From: Mobula hypostoma
Lineage: Eukaryota
Length of the DNA stretch: 64,000 bases
Direction of reading: 5' to 3'
Assembly (NCBI RefSeq): GCF_963921235.1
Contig: NC_086108.1
Location: forward strand, 108,626,001 to 108,690,000
The notes beneath the pieces were generated by a model. It did not search any database, was not told the origin of the DNA, and saw only the letters and a program-made list of their open reading frames with translations. Within the stretch, counting starts at the first letter, position 1, and each line of letters starts with the position of its first letter. The position numbers and the translations under genes were made by a program. Positions 27,070 through 39,790 of this stretch are shown piece by piece.

Positions 27070-27460
27070 TCACCACCATCATTATGTGCCATGTCCTATG
27101 GCAAGGGTGATCTTGATCTTGGTCTTTCCATGACCACGATTGTTCTTGGCAATTTTTTCTACAGAAGTGACTTCTTCTGGGCAGAGTCTTTACAAGTCAG
27201 GTGACCCCAGCCATTATCAATGCTCTTCAGAGATTGTCTGCCTGGTTGTGGGGGGGGGGGGTCAGTGGTCACGTAACTAGAACTTGTGACATGCATTAGC
27301 TGCTCATAGGACCATCCACCACCTGCTCCCATGACTTCGTGTGATGCTGATCAGGGTCTCAGCAGATGCTCATCCTGCCCAAGGGTGACCTGCAGCCTAG
27401 CAGAGGGAAGGAGTGCCTTACACCTCCGTTGGTAAAGATGTGTCTTCACCCCACCACCCA
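27070..27460 (-). mobile_element. RTE-derived bipartite non-autonomous element (about 370 bp) inside a CR1 fragment (26880-27600)
   Basis: Five copies in the window; the more complete copies contain GAAGAAGGCAATGGCAAACCACTTCTG, similar to the BovB/RTE 5'UTR motif (partly deleted here); (ATG)n-like tail. Confidence 0.7.
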
Positions 27461-27639
27461 TATTTAAAATGGAGATTGATGTTCTTGATCAAAAGTCATG
27501 GGGAGAAAGCGGGAGAATTGGGTTGAGAGGGATAGTAAATCAGTCATGATGGAATGGCGGAACAAACTGAATGGGTCTAATCCTGCTGCTATATCTTGTG
27601 GCTTTATGACACCCCCAGTGATGCAGGTAACTTAAGTTT

Positions 27640-27832
27640 AGAAACACAAGAAAGTCCGCAGTTGCTGGAGATCCAAAGCAACAGATACAAAACGCCGGAG
27701 GAAATTAGCAGGTCAAGCACGATCTAGGGAAAAGAGTAAACGCGAAGAAGGGTCTTGGCCCGAGATGTCGACTGTTTACTCTTTTCCATAGATGCCGCCT
27801 GGCCCGCTGAATTCCTCCAGCATTTCGTGTGT
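27640..27832. mobile_element. Fold-back mini-element made of two inverted Penelope termini
   Basis: Inverted arms around a degenerate hammerhead; 13-bp TSD GTAACTTAAGTTT at 27627-39 and 27833-45. Confidence 0.85.
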
Positions 27833-27845
27833 GTAACTTAAGTTT

Positions 27846-28780
27846 CGTACTGGCACCGCGCTACTGCGAACGCAGCAACATTTCCTTTTCTTCAGGTTCT
27901 CCGTACCGGCTCGCTTTCTGCTCTGAGCGCAACTGAATTTCTAATTAGGCTGTGAAGGATCATTATCCTTCATTAGGCCGTCACCTCTCCTCACCACGGC
28001 AGCAAGCGGCTCTTTGGGAGCTGGTTGAAGCGCTAATCCTTCACCATTGCGCGCAATAAACTCACATCATCTGTGCGCAACTTCTCCGTCTTGCTCAGCC
28101 AATTCTCTACCTTGGCGCATCTCCCTAATGGCTCCTCATTTTCAGCTTGTTACAAGATGCTGTGTAAACCTTAACGATTTTATACCAACATTAGCACTGC
28201 AACCGTTCAACAAGCGCGCACATTTAGATCCCACGGCTGGCAAAAAGCGCTCCTTTTTGTGTCGGAACACATCTGTTGTCACAAGGTCACAGCATTTCTC
28301 GTTTTCTGCATTACTCATTTGCATTCCATTTATGTTAAGGAAACCTCCTGGCAACGTGTGGCTTATTAGAACCCAGGAGTGTTTGTCTCCCAAGCGCCGC
28401 AGTAATGAGAGTACAGCGCATCATTATGTGGGATTGCTAACGTCAAAAAAAAAAATAAAAACCTCGACAGGATTGGACAGGGGGATTCATTTTGCTGCGA
28501 TAGCGGTAAATGAAGCGGTTTTCTCCGTCCAAAATTGCGTGACAGCTCCCGGGAAAGTCTGCTCTCCTCTGCCTGTCAATAGGAAGATAGCTCATCATGT
28601 ATTGCAGTGTTAAAGGAATTCAGGTTAACAAGTACGAGATTATACCCAGGCTAAAAATCACAGCGAGGACAGGTGGGAGACTTTCAAAGTAATATATTCT
28701 GGAAGGAAAAGCGAGCTGTGGCGGTATAAATTAACGGACGCAATTCTGGAGCGTTTGCAGGTTTCTTTCTTTCATTCAGC
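27846..28780. promoter_or_regulatory. Repeat-free, CpG-retaining island; candidate enhancer or promoter
   Basis: No window repeat matches; many CpGs; TAATTA, TAATCC, ATTGCGCGCAAT palindrome, CCAAT, octamer ATTTGCAT and TATAAA (about 28725). Confidence 0.4.
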
Positions 28781-29052
28781 CTCTCAGAAGATCTGGATGT
28801 CATTGGCATAGTTTATCATCTGTGTGTAATTGACAGTTGAATCTGTGTCCCTGGATTAATAGCACCAGCTTCTGCATGCTAGTCTGATAACTATTACTAG
28901 TGAAAAGACCTGAGGTGTATGTAAGCAATTGTATTCAGTCGACAGGACAAGATGATGAGGCTGTTAAAAAAAAGTTCAGAAGTTTGCACTTTTTTAAACA
29001 AAAATACATTTATTATGAATACAAACCACTACAGTATTATTGAGAAATCACA

Positions 29053-29327
29053 TTATTTATTTATTTACAGCGCGAAACGGGCGTTTACGGCCCAACAAGT
29101 AACTCACGATTTAACCCTTGATTAAACACAAGACAGTTTACATCGACCAATTAACCTACCAACCGTACGTCTTTGGACTGTGGGAGGAAACCAGAGCACC
29201 TGGTGGATACCTACGGACATGGGCAGAAGATATCAACTCCTTACAGAGGGTGCTGGAATTGAACTCTGAACTCTGGTATTCCGAGCTGTAAAAGCATTGA
29301 GCTAACTGCCACAATACAGTGTTGCCA
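29053..29327 (-). mobile_element. V-SINE (HE1-like)
   Basis: V-domain, B box GTTCAATTCC and (TAAA)n tail. Confidence 0.75.
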
Positions 29328-29389
29328 AAAAAAAACAAAACTCAGTCAATTCATGATTAAGATAGACCAAACTAACACATCCCCATCTC

Positions 29390-29745
29390 CATCATCGTCG
29401 TTATGTGTCATGTCCTATGACCATGATTGTTCTTGGCAATTTTTTTTACAGGAGTGGTTTACCATTGCTGCCGCCTGGGCAGTGTCTTTACAAAATGAGT
29501 GTCCCAGCTTTTATCAATACTCTTTTGAGATTGTCTGCCTGACGTCAGTTGTCACATAACCAGGTCTTGTGATATGCATCAATTACTCATATGACCATCC
29601 ACCAACAGCTCCCATGGTTTCACGTGACTCTGGTTGGGGCTACAGTTGCTACAACTTGTCGAAGGATGACCTGTAAGCTAGCGGAGGGAAGGAATGCCTT
29701 ATACCTCCTTTGGCAGAGACGTATCTCCACCCTGCCATTCACCCA
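29390..29745 (-). mobile_element. RTE-derived bipartite element
   Basis: Copy of the 27070 family. Confidence 0.7.
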
Positions 29746-30219
29746 TCCTCATCAAGGATGGCAATTATCCCCACTTTATTGAAATGCCTCTGTTCTTTAT
29801 CCACAGCTACCCAGGCATATACATACACCCTTGAACAGTGCCAGGCAGTCAGCTCAGGTGGAACTCTGCATTGCCCATCTCCAAGACCCATGGAGAAATA
29901 TCTTAGCCTGCCCTCGGGTAACCTTAGGTTTGATAGGATATCCTCCATCCCACATGTCCCCCTCCATACTGGATGGCCATCCTGGTATCTTGAACAATGC
30001 AACAGCAGCTGTGTAGAATTCACGATGGAAGTTACAGAAATCTCTTTGGGCTGAAACGGAATGAATCAAACTTAGGAAAGGCGTCCAACTGTAGTTATCA
30101 AACTGTGTTTTTAGTATGAATGATGGAACCTGAAGTGTTACCTCAGCCCATAAAGTCAAGAAAGTTAGGCACAAGGTTAGGCTAAGCATATTAGAGTCAG
30201 GTTTATTATCACTGCCATA

Positions 30220-30779
30220 TACTCAGTGGCCACTTTATTAGGTACAGGAGGCTACTGGACAACTAAAGTGGCCACTAATTGCATGTTGTGGATTTCTGCT
30301 GCTGTAGCCCATCCTCTTCAAGATTCAACATGTTGTGCATTCAGAAATGCTCTTCTGCACACCACTGTTACAGTGCAAGGTTATCTGAGTTACTGTCGCC
30401 TTCCTGTCTGTTTGAACCAGCTATGCTATTCTCCTCTGACCTCGCTCATGAACAAGTCATTTTCACCCACAGAACTGCTGCTCACTGGATGTTTTTTTTG
30501 TTCATCGCACCATTCTCTGTAAACTCTAGAGTCTGCTGTGTGTGAAAATCTCAGGAGATCAGCAGGTTTCTGAGATACTCAAATTATACCCCCTCTGGCA
30601 CCTCAAGGTCAAAATCAATAAGGTCGCATGTCTTCCCCATTCTGATATCTGGTTTGAACAACAACTGAACCTCTTGACCATGTCTCCATGCTTTTATGCA
30701 TTGAATTGCTGCCACGTGATTGGTTGATCAGATATCTGCATTAACAAGTAGGTGTACCTAATGAAGTGGCCGCTGACTG
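30220..30779 (-). mobile_element. Tc1-derived non-autonomous transposon with three TIR copies
   Basis: TIR resembling CACTCAGTGGCCACTTTATTAGGTAC at both ends, TA flanks, and an extra internal TIR at about 30264-30283. Confidence 0.85.
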
Positions 30780-31567
30780 TACCCAGACATGTGTTTCCTG
30801 AGTTAAGGGAGAGAATAAAATGCAGATTTGTAGACAAGCATATATGAAAGGGACTAGGGATAGCAAGCATCAGCCAGATGGGCTGAAAGGCCTCAATCTT
30901 TGTCATTATGAGTATTATAAGAAGGTGGGGAGAAGAGATGGAAGACAAGCTATAATGTGATAAAGAAGCTAAGTGGAACTGGGAGAGGGGGGTGAAGCAA
31001 GAAGCTGGGAGATGTTGGGTGGAAATGGCAAAGAGCTGGAGAAGAAGGAGGAATCTGATAAGAGAGGAGAGAGGACCATGGGAGAAAGGGAAGGAGGAGG
31101 GGCACTGGGGGAAGGTGATAGGCAGATGAGGAGAAGAGGTAAGAGGCCAGTGTGGAAAAATGAAGAAGAGGGAAGGGGAAGGTGAAAAGTATTACTGGAA
31201 GTTGGAGAAATTGATGTTCATGCCATCACGTTGGAAGCTAACTACATGGAATATAAGGTCTTGCTCCTCCAACTGGAGATTGCAAATGGCAATGTATGAG
31301 AGGTAGCAGAGATCTGAGGTCAAAGGTTCAACTCAAGCTTTCTCCAACAATATGAACTGTCAGGTAGAATCTTTCTGCTAACAGCTTTAATGTACTCCCT
31401 CGCTTATTGACCTTTCCATTCAATGAGAAGTTCACACAGTAATATAGCACAGAAGAATATCCTACAGACTTTTGAGTCTATATCAAACATTAAACAACAC
31501 ATCAGGCTAATCTTATGCAAATCCTACACATTATTATTTTCATTTATTTATTTATTTGTAGATATAG

Positions 31568-32157
31568 TGGTTTTCCTTCTGGTTCGGTCGCCGGACACTC
31601 GACTATGGTTTTCGGTCGGGCACCGGATACTCGGAGAGATTTGGCTGGGGGGTTGGGCGCCTGGCGCTCGGCCGGGAGCTGTGGTCAAGTGGTCGGCGAC
31701 TTGGGCTGGCTCCCCCACCGGACTTCGTCTAGTGAGGAGGGTGTGAGGACACCCAGCAGGATGAAAAAGAAACAAGACCTGACAAAAGGCGGATGAGCTC
31801 CTTGTGAGCCAACGGCCATCTTCCGTGGAAGAGATTAAAGCCTCACCACGTATCTACGAATCGTATGCTATGCACTTAGTTAGAAGAGACATGGTGAACT
31901 TGGGCGCTGCACCGTGTGCCTGGGCCTGCCCAAGGTCTCCGCCTAAGGAAGGGATGAGCTTGAAGAAGCGGCCGCGGCTGGAGCCAACACGGCCTCGGGC
32001 TGGATTTCAGCGGGGCGGCTGTGGGCGGTGCCAAGGCAGCCAACGAGAACAAACTGGAGGAGAGGCTGCACTCGGTGCTGTCACAAGATCGAAGAAGATG
32101 GAGGTGCATAGCTGCCAACCCCGGATTCAGGATGGCACCCACTGACTGACTGACTGA
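31568..32157 (+). mobile_element. GC/CpG-rich, internally deleted RTE-like element with an (ACTG)n tail, inserted in a V-SINE
   Basis: 3' end encodes QDRRRWRCIAANP (RTE-type C-terminus) followed by ACTGACTGACTGACTGA; splits a V-SINE (31540-31567 and 32158-32420). Confidence 0.6.
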
Positions 32158-32823
32158 TAGCGTGGAACAGGCCCTTCAACCCTACTGATATGTGCCATCC
32201 AGCAACCCACTGATTTAACCCTGGCCTAACCACAGGACAATTTACAATGATCAATCAACCTACTAAATTGGACTATAGGAGAAAAACAGAGCACATAGAG
32301 GAAACATTAGTGCACATGAAAATAAAATACAAACTTTCTTACAGAGGACGTTGGAATTGAAATCTGAACTCCAATGCCCTGAACATAATTATGTAACTGC
32401 TATGCTACAATGGTGCCCCAAGCTTATTCTCCTCACAAGCTCATCAACATCCCCCAGATTCTACCAGTGACCAACACCCCAGGGACTATTTACGGCAATG
32501 ACCAACCCTCGCAGTTTTGGTTTGTGGGGAGCCAACAGCTGCAACGGCAGCAAAACCCATGTGGTTACAGGGAGAGCTGAAAATCAAGATTGAACACTGT
32601 CCTCGGGCAACATAACATTGTAAAAATTTACCAGGATGCTGCCTGGTCTTGGGGACCTGAGTTACGAGAAGAGGTGTACCAGACGGTGAGAGGCATAGAT
32701 CGAGTGGACAGCCAGAGACTTTTAAGTTAAAGGGTCAGCACACCATTGTGGGCGAAAGGCCCTCTGCTGTTCCATGCTCTTTGTTTAACTGTTGAAATTT
32801 TGGGCCGGACCCCTGGTTTCTTA

Positions 32824-33525
32824 TGTAGCCCCCCTGGCCAGCCTCAGGGTCGCTCGGCTCGCTGTCGTCTAGGGAAACAGCCCTCGGCCCCGCCAAACTA
32901 GGAAATCAGTTTGTGTGGATGCTGTGTGATGTACCCCACCCCACCCAAATAACAGACAATACACCAGATACGATTAAATGATTTACAGTTTATAGATATT
33001 ACTGGAACTATATGATTAATAGAGAATAAAAAAACTATAAAAGGAAAATAAAAGGAGCCACACTTATCAAAGTTCAATCTCTTCATGCACAAACAGTTGA
33101 AGCTCAGGACCCTTTTTCTTCACCCTGCGACCCCTCGGACCACCTCGACCGGCCGCCTGGGACCAACAATGGTGGTCGACCAGACGCTCCACACGAGTCC
33201 GTCTCCGTCTCCTCTCCTCGCCGAGCTCCCTCCTTGGGGTCCAACGCCATTAGAGGGCTCACAGCACCTGGTCCATCCTCTGTCTCTCTCTCCCGCCTTC
33301 TGCCCCCAAACCCCGCACATACAATATTTTACAGATACACCAAAATCATAACAACTATCACAATTGGTTCATAACATCTTATCAGTAACGTGATTCAAAC
33401 AAACTGCTAGCGAGAAGGACTTTCTCAGCAGTTAACATAACAAGGAAGCCCTTTCAATTATAACATAACAAAGAAGCCATTTTAATTAGACTACGTAGTG
33501 ACATAAAAAAAAGAAAACCCTTACA
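32824..33525. mobile_element. Solo LTR, 702 bp (Gypsy or ERV)
   Basis: TGTA...TACA termini; 4-bp TSD CTTA at 32820-23 and 33526-29; internal tandem duplication of about 27 bp at 33434-33488. Confidence 0.85.
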
Positions 33526-33604
33526 CTTAGTTTTATGCTTTTTATTGTAATTTGATGTGGTCCCCAGCTCTCTGAATGTTCCTTTAAGTCAGCCTTTACA
33601 TCTT

Positions 33605-34010
33605 ATAGAAACATAGAAAACCTACAGCACAATACAGGCCCTTCGGCCCACAAAGCTGTGCCAAACATGTCCTTACCTTAGAAATTACCTAGGGTTACAC
33701 ATAGCCCTCTATTTTTCTGAGCTCCATGTACCCATCCAGGAGTCTCTTAAAAGACCCTGTCGTATCCGCCTCCTCCACCGTCGCCAGCAGCCCATTCGAT
33801 ACACTCACCACTCTCTGAGTAAAAAACTTACCCCTGACATCTCCCCTGTACTTTCTTCCAAGCACCTTAAAACCGTGCCCTCTCGTGCTAGCCGTTTCAG
33901 CCCTAGGGAAAAGCCTCTGACTATCCACACGATCATTGCCTCTCATCATCTTATACACCTCTATCAGGTCACTTCTCATCCTCCGTCGCTCCAAGGAGAA
34001 AAGGCCGAGT
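33605..34010 (-). mobile_element. Young CR1 3' end
   Basis: Uninterrupted ORF 33695-33994(-) ERRRMRSDLIEVYKMMRG...FKRLLDGYM; (TTTCTATG)n tail. Confidence 0.92.
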
Positions 34011-34357
34011 ATGATGTATGGTACTTTTTAAAAAAACTTTTTCACTGAAGGTGGCAGATAATTTGGAAAAAATTGATAAGGATTCACACTTGCTGATTGG
34101 ATTAAGCTATTAACATCGGTAATAATTTACAATGGCTTAACGTGCTCAAGCTTTGATAGATTGCTTGGAGGCTTCACCTTTTTTTGAGCTAATGAGATAA
34201 CAAGATGTAACAGTGTGAGTTATAATCCACACTGCCCTTCACCCTGGAAACTACTGGAGATTTAGGAGGACAACCCTCAAACTTCTTCCTGTGTTGAAAT
34301 GTAAGGTGAAACTTGTTCACATAATGGCTCCATATAAAGCTGCCTTGGTCTATTCTC

Positions 34358-34514
34358 TAGGAAGAGGTGCAGTCGACGTTTCAGGCTGAGACCCTTCATC
34401 AGGACTGAAATGTTGACTGCACCTCTTCCTAGAGATGCTGCCTGGCCTGCTGCATTCACCAACAACTTTGATGTGTGTTGCTTGAATTTCCAGCATCTGC
34501 AGAATTCCTGTTGT
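34358..34514. mobile_element. Fold-back Penelope mini-element carrying an intact hammerhead
   Basis: Inverted arms at 34354-84 and 34405-35; 13-bp TSD TTGGTCTATTCTC at 34345-57 and 34515-27. Confidence 0.88.
34370..34407 (-). ncRNA. Minimal type I hammerhead ribozyme (PLE-associated)
   Basis: Minus strand CAGUC-CUGAUGA-A-GGGU-CUCA-GCCU-GAAA-C-GUC^GACUG: stem I CAGUC/GACUG, complete core, stem II, and a palindromic ACGU in place of stem III. Confidence 0.85.
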
Positions 34515-34715
34515 TTGGTCTATTCTCATTGCTTCATCCACTAAGCGTGCCAAGGTTCTGGGGAACTGGTGGTAGATGTTTTCACTGTGAATGTTTGAAG
34601 CAATGTTTGGAGCAATGCCAAGGTCTGACTTGACCCCAAACTGTACTGGCTTGCTTTGAGAGGGACATGGGTCAAATGCAGTCAAATAGGATTAGCTTTT
34701 TGGTATTGCTTTTTT

Positions 34716-35105
34716 GAGTGGTGGGGTGGAGATATGTCTCTGCCAAAGGAGATGTAAGGTGCTCCTTCCCTCCGCTAGCCTGCAGGTCACACTTGGCAAG
34801 GTGTAGCACCTGCTTAGCGCACCTCCCCCCCCAGATCAGGGCCACTTGAGGCCATGGGAGCTGGTGGTGGATGGTCCTATGAGCAGCTGGTGCATATCAC
34901 AAGTCCCGGTTATGCGACCACTGATGCCAGGCAGACAATCTCTAAAGAGCATTGACAATGGCTGGGATCACCCATCCTATAAAGGTACTGCTAAGAAGAA
35001 GGCGATGGCAAACCAATTCTGCAGAAAAATTTGCCAAGAATGTTCACGGTCATGGAAAGATCATGATTACTTACATTATACAACATGGCAAATAATGAAT
35101 GGATG
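34716..35105 (+). mobile_element. RTE-derived bipartite element
   Basis: Copy of the 27070 family in sense orientation. Confidence 0.7.
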
Positions 35106-35425
35106 ATTGCTTTATTATATGTGATAAGTAAAGCTAATCTATAATGTCTTGAAGATCTCTGCATAGTGAAACACGCAAACTATTCTCCACCTCCGACCAC
35201 CCAAGGACTTACCAATACCCCGGAACCAGAAAACTCTCAATTCAAGAAAATGTGCGGCACCAAGGTGAAGGTAAGATGCCATTAAATTGGAAATAGGGCA
35301 GAGGAGATTTATGAGGATGTTGCCAACACTGAAGGAACTGAGTTAATAGAGAGAGGCTGCGCAGTGTGGGAATTTTTCATTGGAGCATAGGAGAGGTGAT
35401 CTTACTGAACTAAGTTTGGAATACA

Positions 35426-35980
35426 CACTCACTGGCCATGTTATTAGGTACACCAGTGCACTTGCTTGTTAATGTAAATATCTAATCAGCCAATCATGAG
35501 CCAACAACTCAATGCAGACATGGTCAATGGGTTCAGTTATTGTTCGGACCAAATATTGGAATGAGGGAGAAATGTGATCAAAGTGACTTTGACCATGGAA
35601 TGATTGTTCGTGCCAGACAAAGCGGTTTGAGTATTTCAGAACTACTGATCTCCTGGGATTTTCATGCACAACAGTCTCTAGATTTTACAGAGAATGGTGC
35701 AAAAAAAAAAAATCCCAAAAGAAAATGTCCAAAGAATGGCAGTTCTGTGGGTGAAAACTCCTTGTTAAGGGGAGAGGTCAAAGGAGAATGGCCAGATTGG
35801 TTCAAACTGACAGGAAGGTGACAGTAACTCAAATAACCATGGGTTACAACAGTGGTGTGCAGAAGAACATTTCTGAATGTACGACACATTGAGCTTTGAA
35901 GTGCATGGACTCTAGGACTCTAGCAGCAGAAGACCAGGAGCATACGCTCAATGGACACTTTATTAGGTACAGGAGGTACT
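35426..35980 (+). mobile_element. Tc1-derived non-autonomous transposon
   Basis: TIR at the start, a second same-orientation TIR at about 35945, and transposase N-terminal remnants (ORF 35540-35821). Confidence 0.8.
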
Positions 35981-36344
35981 TGAGAGCGTGACTACTGAAT
36001 GTTTGTGGTGAATAAAGTTGATCCTTGAACAACATTGTAGAGAGCCATAATCTACAATGGAGATGAGGTTCCAAGAGAATTCAAATGTGTCCACAAAATC
36101 CTTCTGTAACCAAAGGAAACAACATAACATTTACAGTTCTTTGAAGAAACGTAGTATGGTATCGAAGTGTTTAAATTAGTGGGTTAATAACTGTGGATCT
36201 GCACTATTAATTCAGTGGTATGATTCTCATCCCCACTGTGAGGGCCGGGGAAATAAATTCAAGCAATTAAGTAGATGGAGAATGAAATAATGGGTGGATG
36301 GCTCAGTAGTACAGCTTGTAAAACTGCTTCCTCACAGAGCCCTG

Positions 36345-37735
36345 GGGTTACACAGCACAGAAACAGGCCATTTGGCCCAACATGACCACGCCTACTGGGT
36401 TGCTCAGTGATCTCGTTCCACCTGTCTGTGTTTGGCCTATAGGCCTCGAAACCTCTCCTAACCATCACCTTATCTGGATGGATTTAAAATGATGTCCCTG
36501 TTAAAAATCTACAATCATAGGATCTTTACCTCATGCCCTCTTGTTCTTCAGCACCTTTATATCTGCTTTCACCCTGTTTCTATCCCTCATGATCTCATAT
36601 AAAGCTGTCAGATCATTCCTCAATTCCCTACATTCCAGGTAATAAAGTCTTACTCTACCTTACCTCTTGAGAACACAGGACATAGAACATTACAGCACAG
36701 TACAGGCCTTTTGGCCTGTGATGTTGTACTGACCTTTTTACCTGCTCCAAGATCAACCTAACCCTTCCCTCCTACTTTTTGTACAATCCCAAGAGTTTGT
36801 TGAATGTGTCTGCCTTTACAATGACTCCTAGCAGTGTGTTCCGTGCACTCACCACCCTCTGTAAAACAAAAACTTACCAGTGACAACCCCGCCCCCCGCA
36901 TACTTTCCTCCAATCACCATAAGATTATCATCTGCATCATTATGTGCTGTGTTTTATGACGTGGGCGATCATGGTCTTTCCATGACCATGATTGCTTGGC
37001 AAATTTTTCTGCAGAAGTGCTTTACCATTGCCACCTTCTGGGCCGTGTCTTTACAAAATGTGTGACCCCAGCCATTATCAATATTATTTAGGGATTATCT
37101 GCCTTCACATAACCATGCGATAGGCAGCAGCTGCTCATACGACCATCCACCACCTGCTCCCATGGCTTTATGTGACCTTGATCGAGGGGCTAAGCTGGTG
37201 CTACACCTTGCCCAAGGGTGACCCACAGGGTAGCGGAGGGAAGTAGTGGCTTATGCTTCCTTTGGTAGAGACATATCTCCACCCCGTCATACAATTAAAA
37301 TTATAACCCTTTGTATTAACCATTTCCATCCTGGGAAAACATCACTGGTTGTCTTTTCTTTTTATTCCTCTTATCATTTTGTACAACTCTATTAAAACAC
37401 ATGTCATCCACCTTCGCTCCAAACAGAAAAGCCCTAGCTTGCTCAACCTATCTTCATATGACATGATCTCCAATCTTAGTAGCATCCTGGTAAATTTCTT
37501 CTGCACCCTCTCTAAAGCTTCCACATCCTTCATATAACAAGGTGACCAGAACTGAGTGCAATAATTCAAGAGTGGTGTGACCAGAGTTTTATAGAACAGC
37601 AACATTACTTCATGGATCTTGAACACAATTTCCCCAACTAATGACACTATTCGCTGTCTTAACCACCCTATCAACTTGTGTGGCAACTTTGAGGGATGTA
37701 TGAATGTGAACCCTAAGATCCTTCTGTTTCTCCAC
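36345..37735 (-). mobile_element. CR1 3' fragments; an RTE-derived bipartite element is inserted at 36928-37290
   Basis: ORF 37342-37875(-) YKTLVTPLLNYCTQFWSPCYMKDVEALERVQKKFTRML. Confidence 0.85.
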
Positions 37736-37939
37736 ATGTAGAATTCCCTTTTCATCCATGGATGCTGCTCAGTCTGCTGGGTTCCTCCAGCAGATCCACA
37801 AAACTGCAAGAGGCTGGAGCTCTCTTTAGGGTTCACATCCTGGTAACCAGGGAGGGTGCTGGGAGCTGGGCTCATGGTGGGCTGTTCCTGGAGTAAGGGA
37901 AGGTTAACACAAAGTCGGAAGCACAGCAGTGCCCGGTTA

Positions 37940-38555
37940 GCACCATAAAACCATCAGAAACAGAATTAGGCCATTTGGACCATTGAGTCTGCTCCATCAT
38001 TCCACCATAGTTACTTTATTTTCCCTTTCAACCCCATTCTTCTGTCTTCTCCCTGTAACTTTTGGAGCCTTGACTTATGAAGAAGCTATCGGCCTCCACT
38101 TTAAATATATCCAATGACCTGGCCACCACAGGCATCTGTGGCAATGAATTCCAGATATCCATCACCATCTGGCAAAACAAATTCTTCTTCATCCCTGTTC
38201 TAAAAGGAATGTCCTTCTATTTTGAGGCTGTGCCCTCTGGTTCTTGACTCCCCCACTATAGGAAACATCCTCTCCACATCCACTCTATCTAGGCCTTTCA
38301 AACTTCAAAAGGTTTCAATGTGATCCCCCTTCCCCCTATTCTTCTAAATTCCAGTGAGTACAGGCCCAGAACTATCAAATGCTCCTCAGATATTAACCTT
38401 TCATCCTTTCATTCCTGGGGTCATTCTCATGAACCTTGTCTAGACCTTCTCTAATACCAGAACATCCTTCCTTAGATAAAGAGCCCAAAACTGCTCACAA
38501 TACTCCAAGTGTGGTCTGATCAATACCTTATAAAACCTCAGCTTTACATCTTTTG
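37940..38555 (-). mobile_element. CR1 3' fragment
   Basis: Same family as 1605-2214. Confidence 0.8.
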
Positions 38556-38774
38556 TAACATAATTGATAGAACTGGTGACCCATGGCACCAGAGTCCCAG
38601 ATTCAAACTTATCCTCTGTTACTTTGTGGGGTTTACAAGTCCTGCCTGTGAACCTAGGAGCTCAGGTTTCCTCCCACATCTCAGGCTGGTATGTTAATTG
38701 GCCACTATAAATTCAAAAAATTAAAGCAAAGTCATCCTCAAGGTTACCATATAGTATCCTAAGAAAGCATTATA

Positions 38775-38966
38775 AACACAACAGTTTCTGCAGACGCTGG
38801 AAATACAGAGTAACACACACAAAATGCTAGAGGAACACAGCAGGTCAGCAACCAACAGGACTCAGCAGGTCCTGGTGAAGGATCTTGACTTGAAAAGTCA
38901 TCGGTTTATTCCTCTCCATTGATGCTACCTGCCCTGCTGAGTTCCTCCAGCATTTTGTGTGTGTTA
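38775..38966. mobile_element. Fold-back Penelope mini-element (degenerate)
   Basis: Inverted AACACACACAAAATGCT / AGCATTTTGTGTGTGTT arms around a decayed hammerhead at 38869-38903. Confidence 0.75.
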
Positions 38967-39074
38967 CTACTTGAGATACATTTTCTTGCAGGCATTTAGA
39001 GGGGGAAAAAGGAAATACACTAGAATTTGCCAGAAGTTATATATAAATTTTTAAATATATTTATATATATACTC

Positions 39075-39790
39075 CAAATACTCCCCCCACTCACTATACT
39101 CAACAGTATTGTGTCTGCTGTGGAGACCTTCAGGTTTCTGGGTGTCACAATCTCCCAGGACCTGAAGTGGACACCCAACGCGGACACTCTTATCAAAAAG
39201 GCTCAGCAGAGCTTGTATTTCCTACGTCAACTCAGGAAGTACAACCTGCCTCAGCAGCTGCTGGTTCAATTCTATTCAGGAACAGTCCAGTCTGTTCTCT
39301 GTTCGTCCATCACTGTCTGGTTTGGATCAGCTAACAAACAAGACAAGAATAGACTCCAAAGAACCGTCAGGGCTGCGGAAAGGATTATTGGTGAGAAGCT
39401 GCCCTCAACGCAGGACTTATATGTACCTAGAGTCAGGAAGCGAGCAAGCAGCATCATTGTGGACCCATCACACCCTGGACATCACCTGTTCCAACTCCTT
39501 CCTTCTGGTAGGCACTTTAGATCACTGTATGCCAGGACAAATAGGTACAAGAACAGTTTCTTTCCGTATGCCATCAGTCTTATGAACACTTGAATTTTAG
39601 TCTATTATAAACCAAGTCCACCTGTACATACACAGGTATGCCTCATTGTATATAGTTCACGATCATTTGCACTATTGTTCTGTTTGCTTTTTGATTCTGT
39701 ACAGCGAGAGCTCAGGGAAATGGGCATCAAATTCCCTGTATGTGTCCACATAATTGGCGATAATAAAGGATTCTGATTCTGATAAACAGA
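39075..39790 (+). mobile_element. Young Rex1/Babar LINE 3' end with an open RT C-terminus
   Basis: ORF 39027-39593 VETFRFLGVTISQDLKW...KKAQQSLYFLRQLRK...SHPGHHLFQLLPSGRHFRS...KNSFFPYAISLMN; AATAAA and (ATTCTG)n tail. Confidence 0.92.

Noticed and set aside
28047..28613. 188-aa ORF in the unique island
   Set aside because: Non-ATG start, no recognisable motif and no convincing splice sites; a non-coding reading is more plausible
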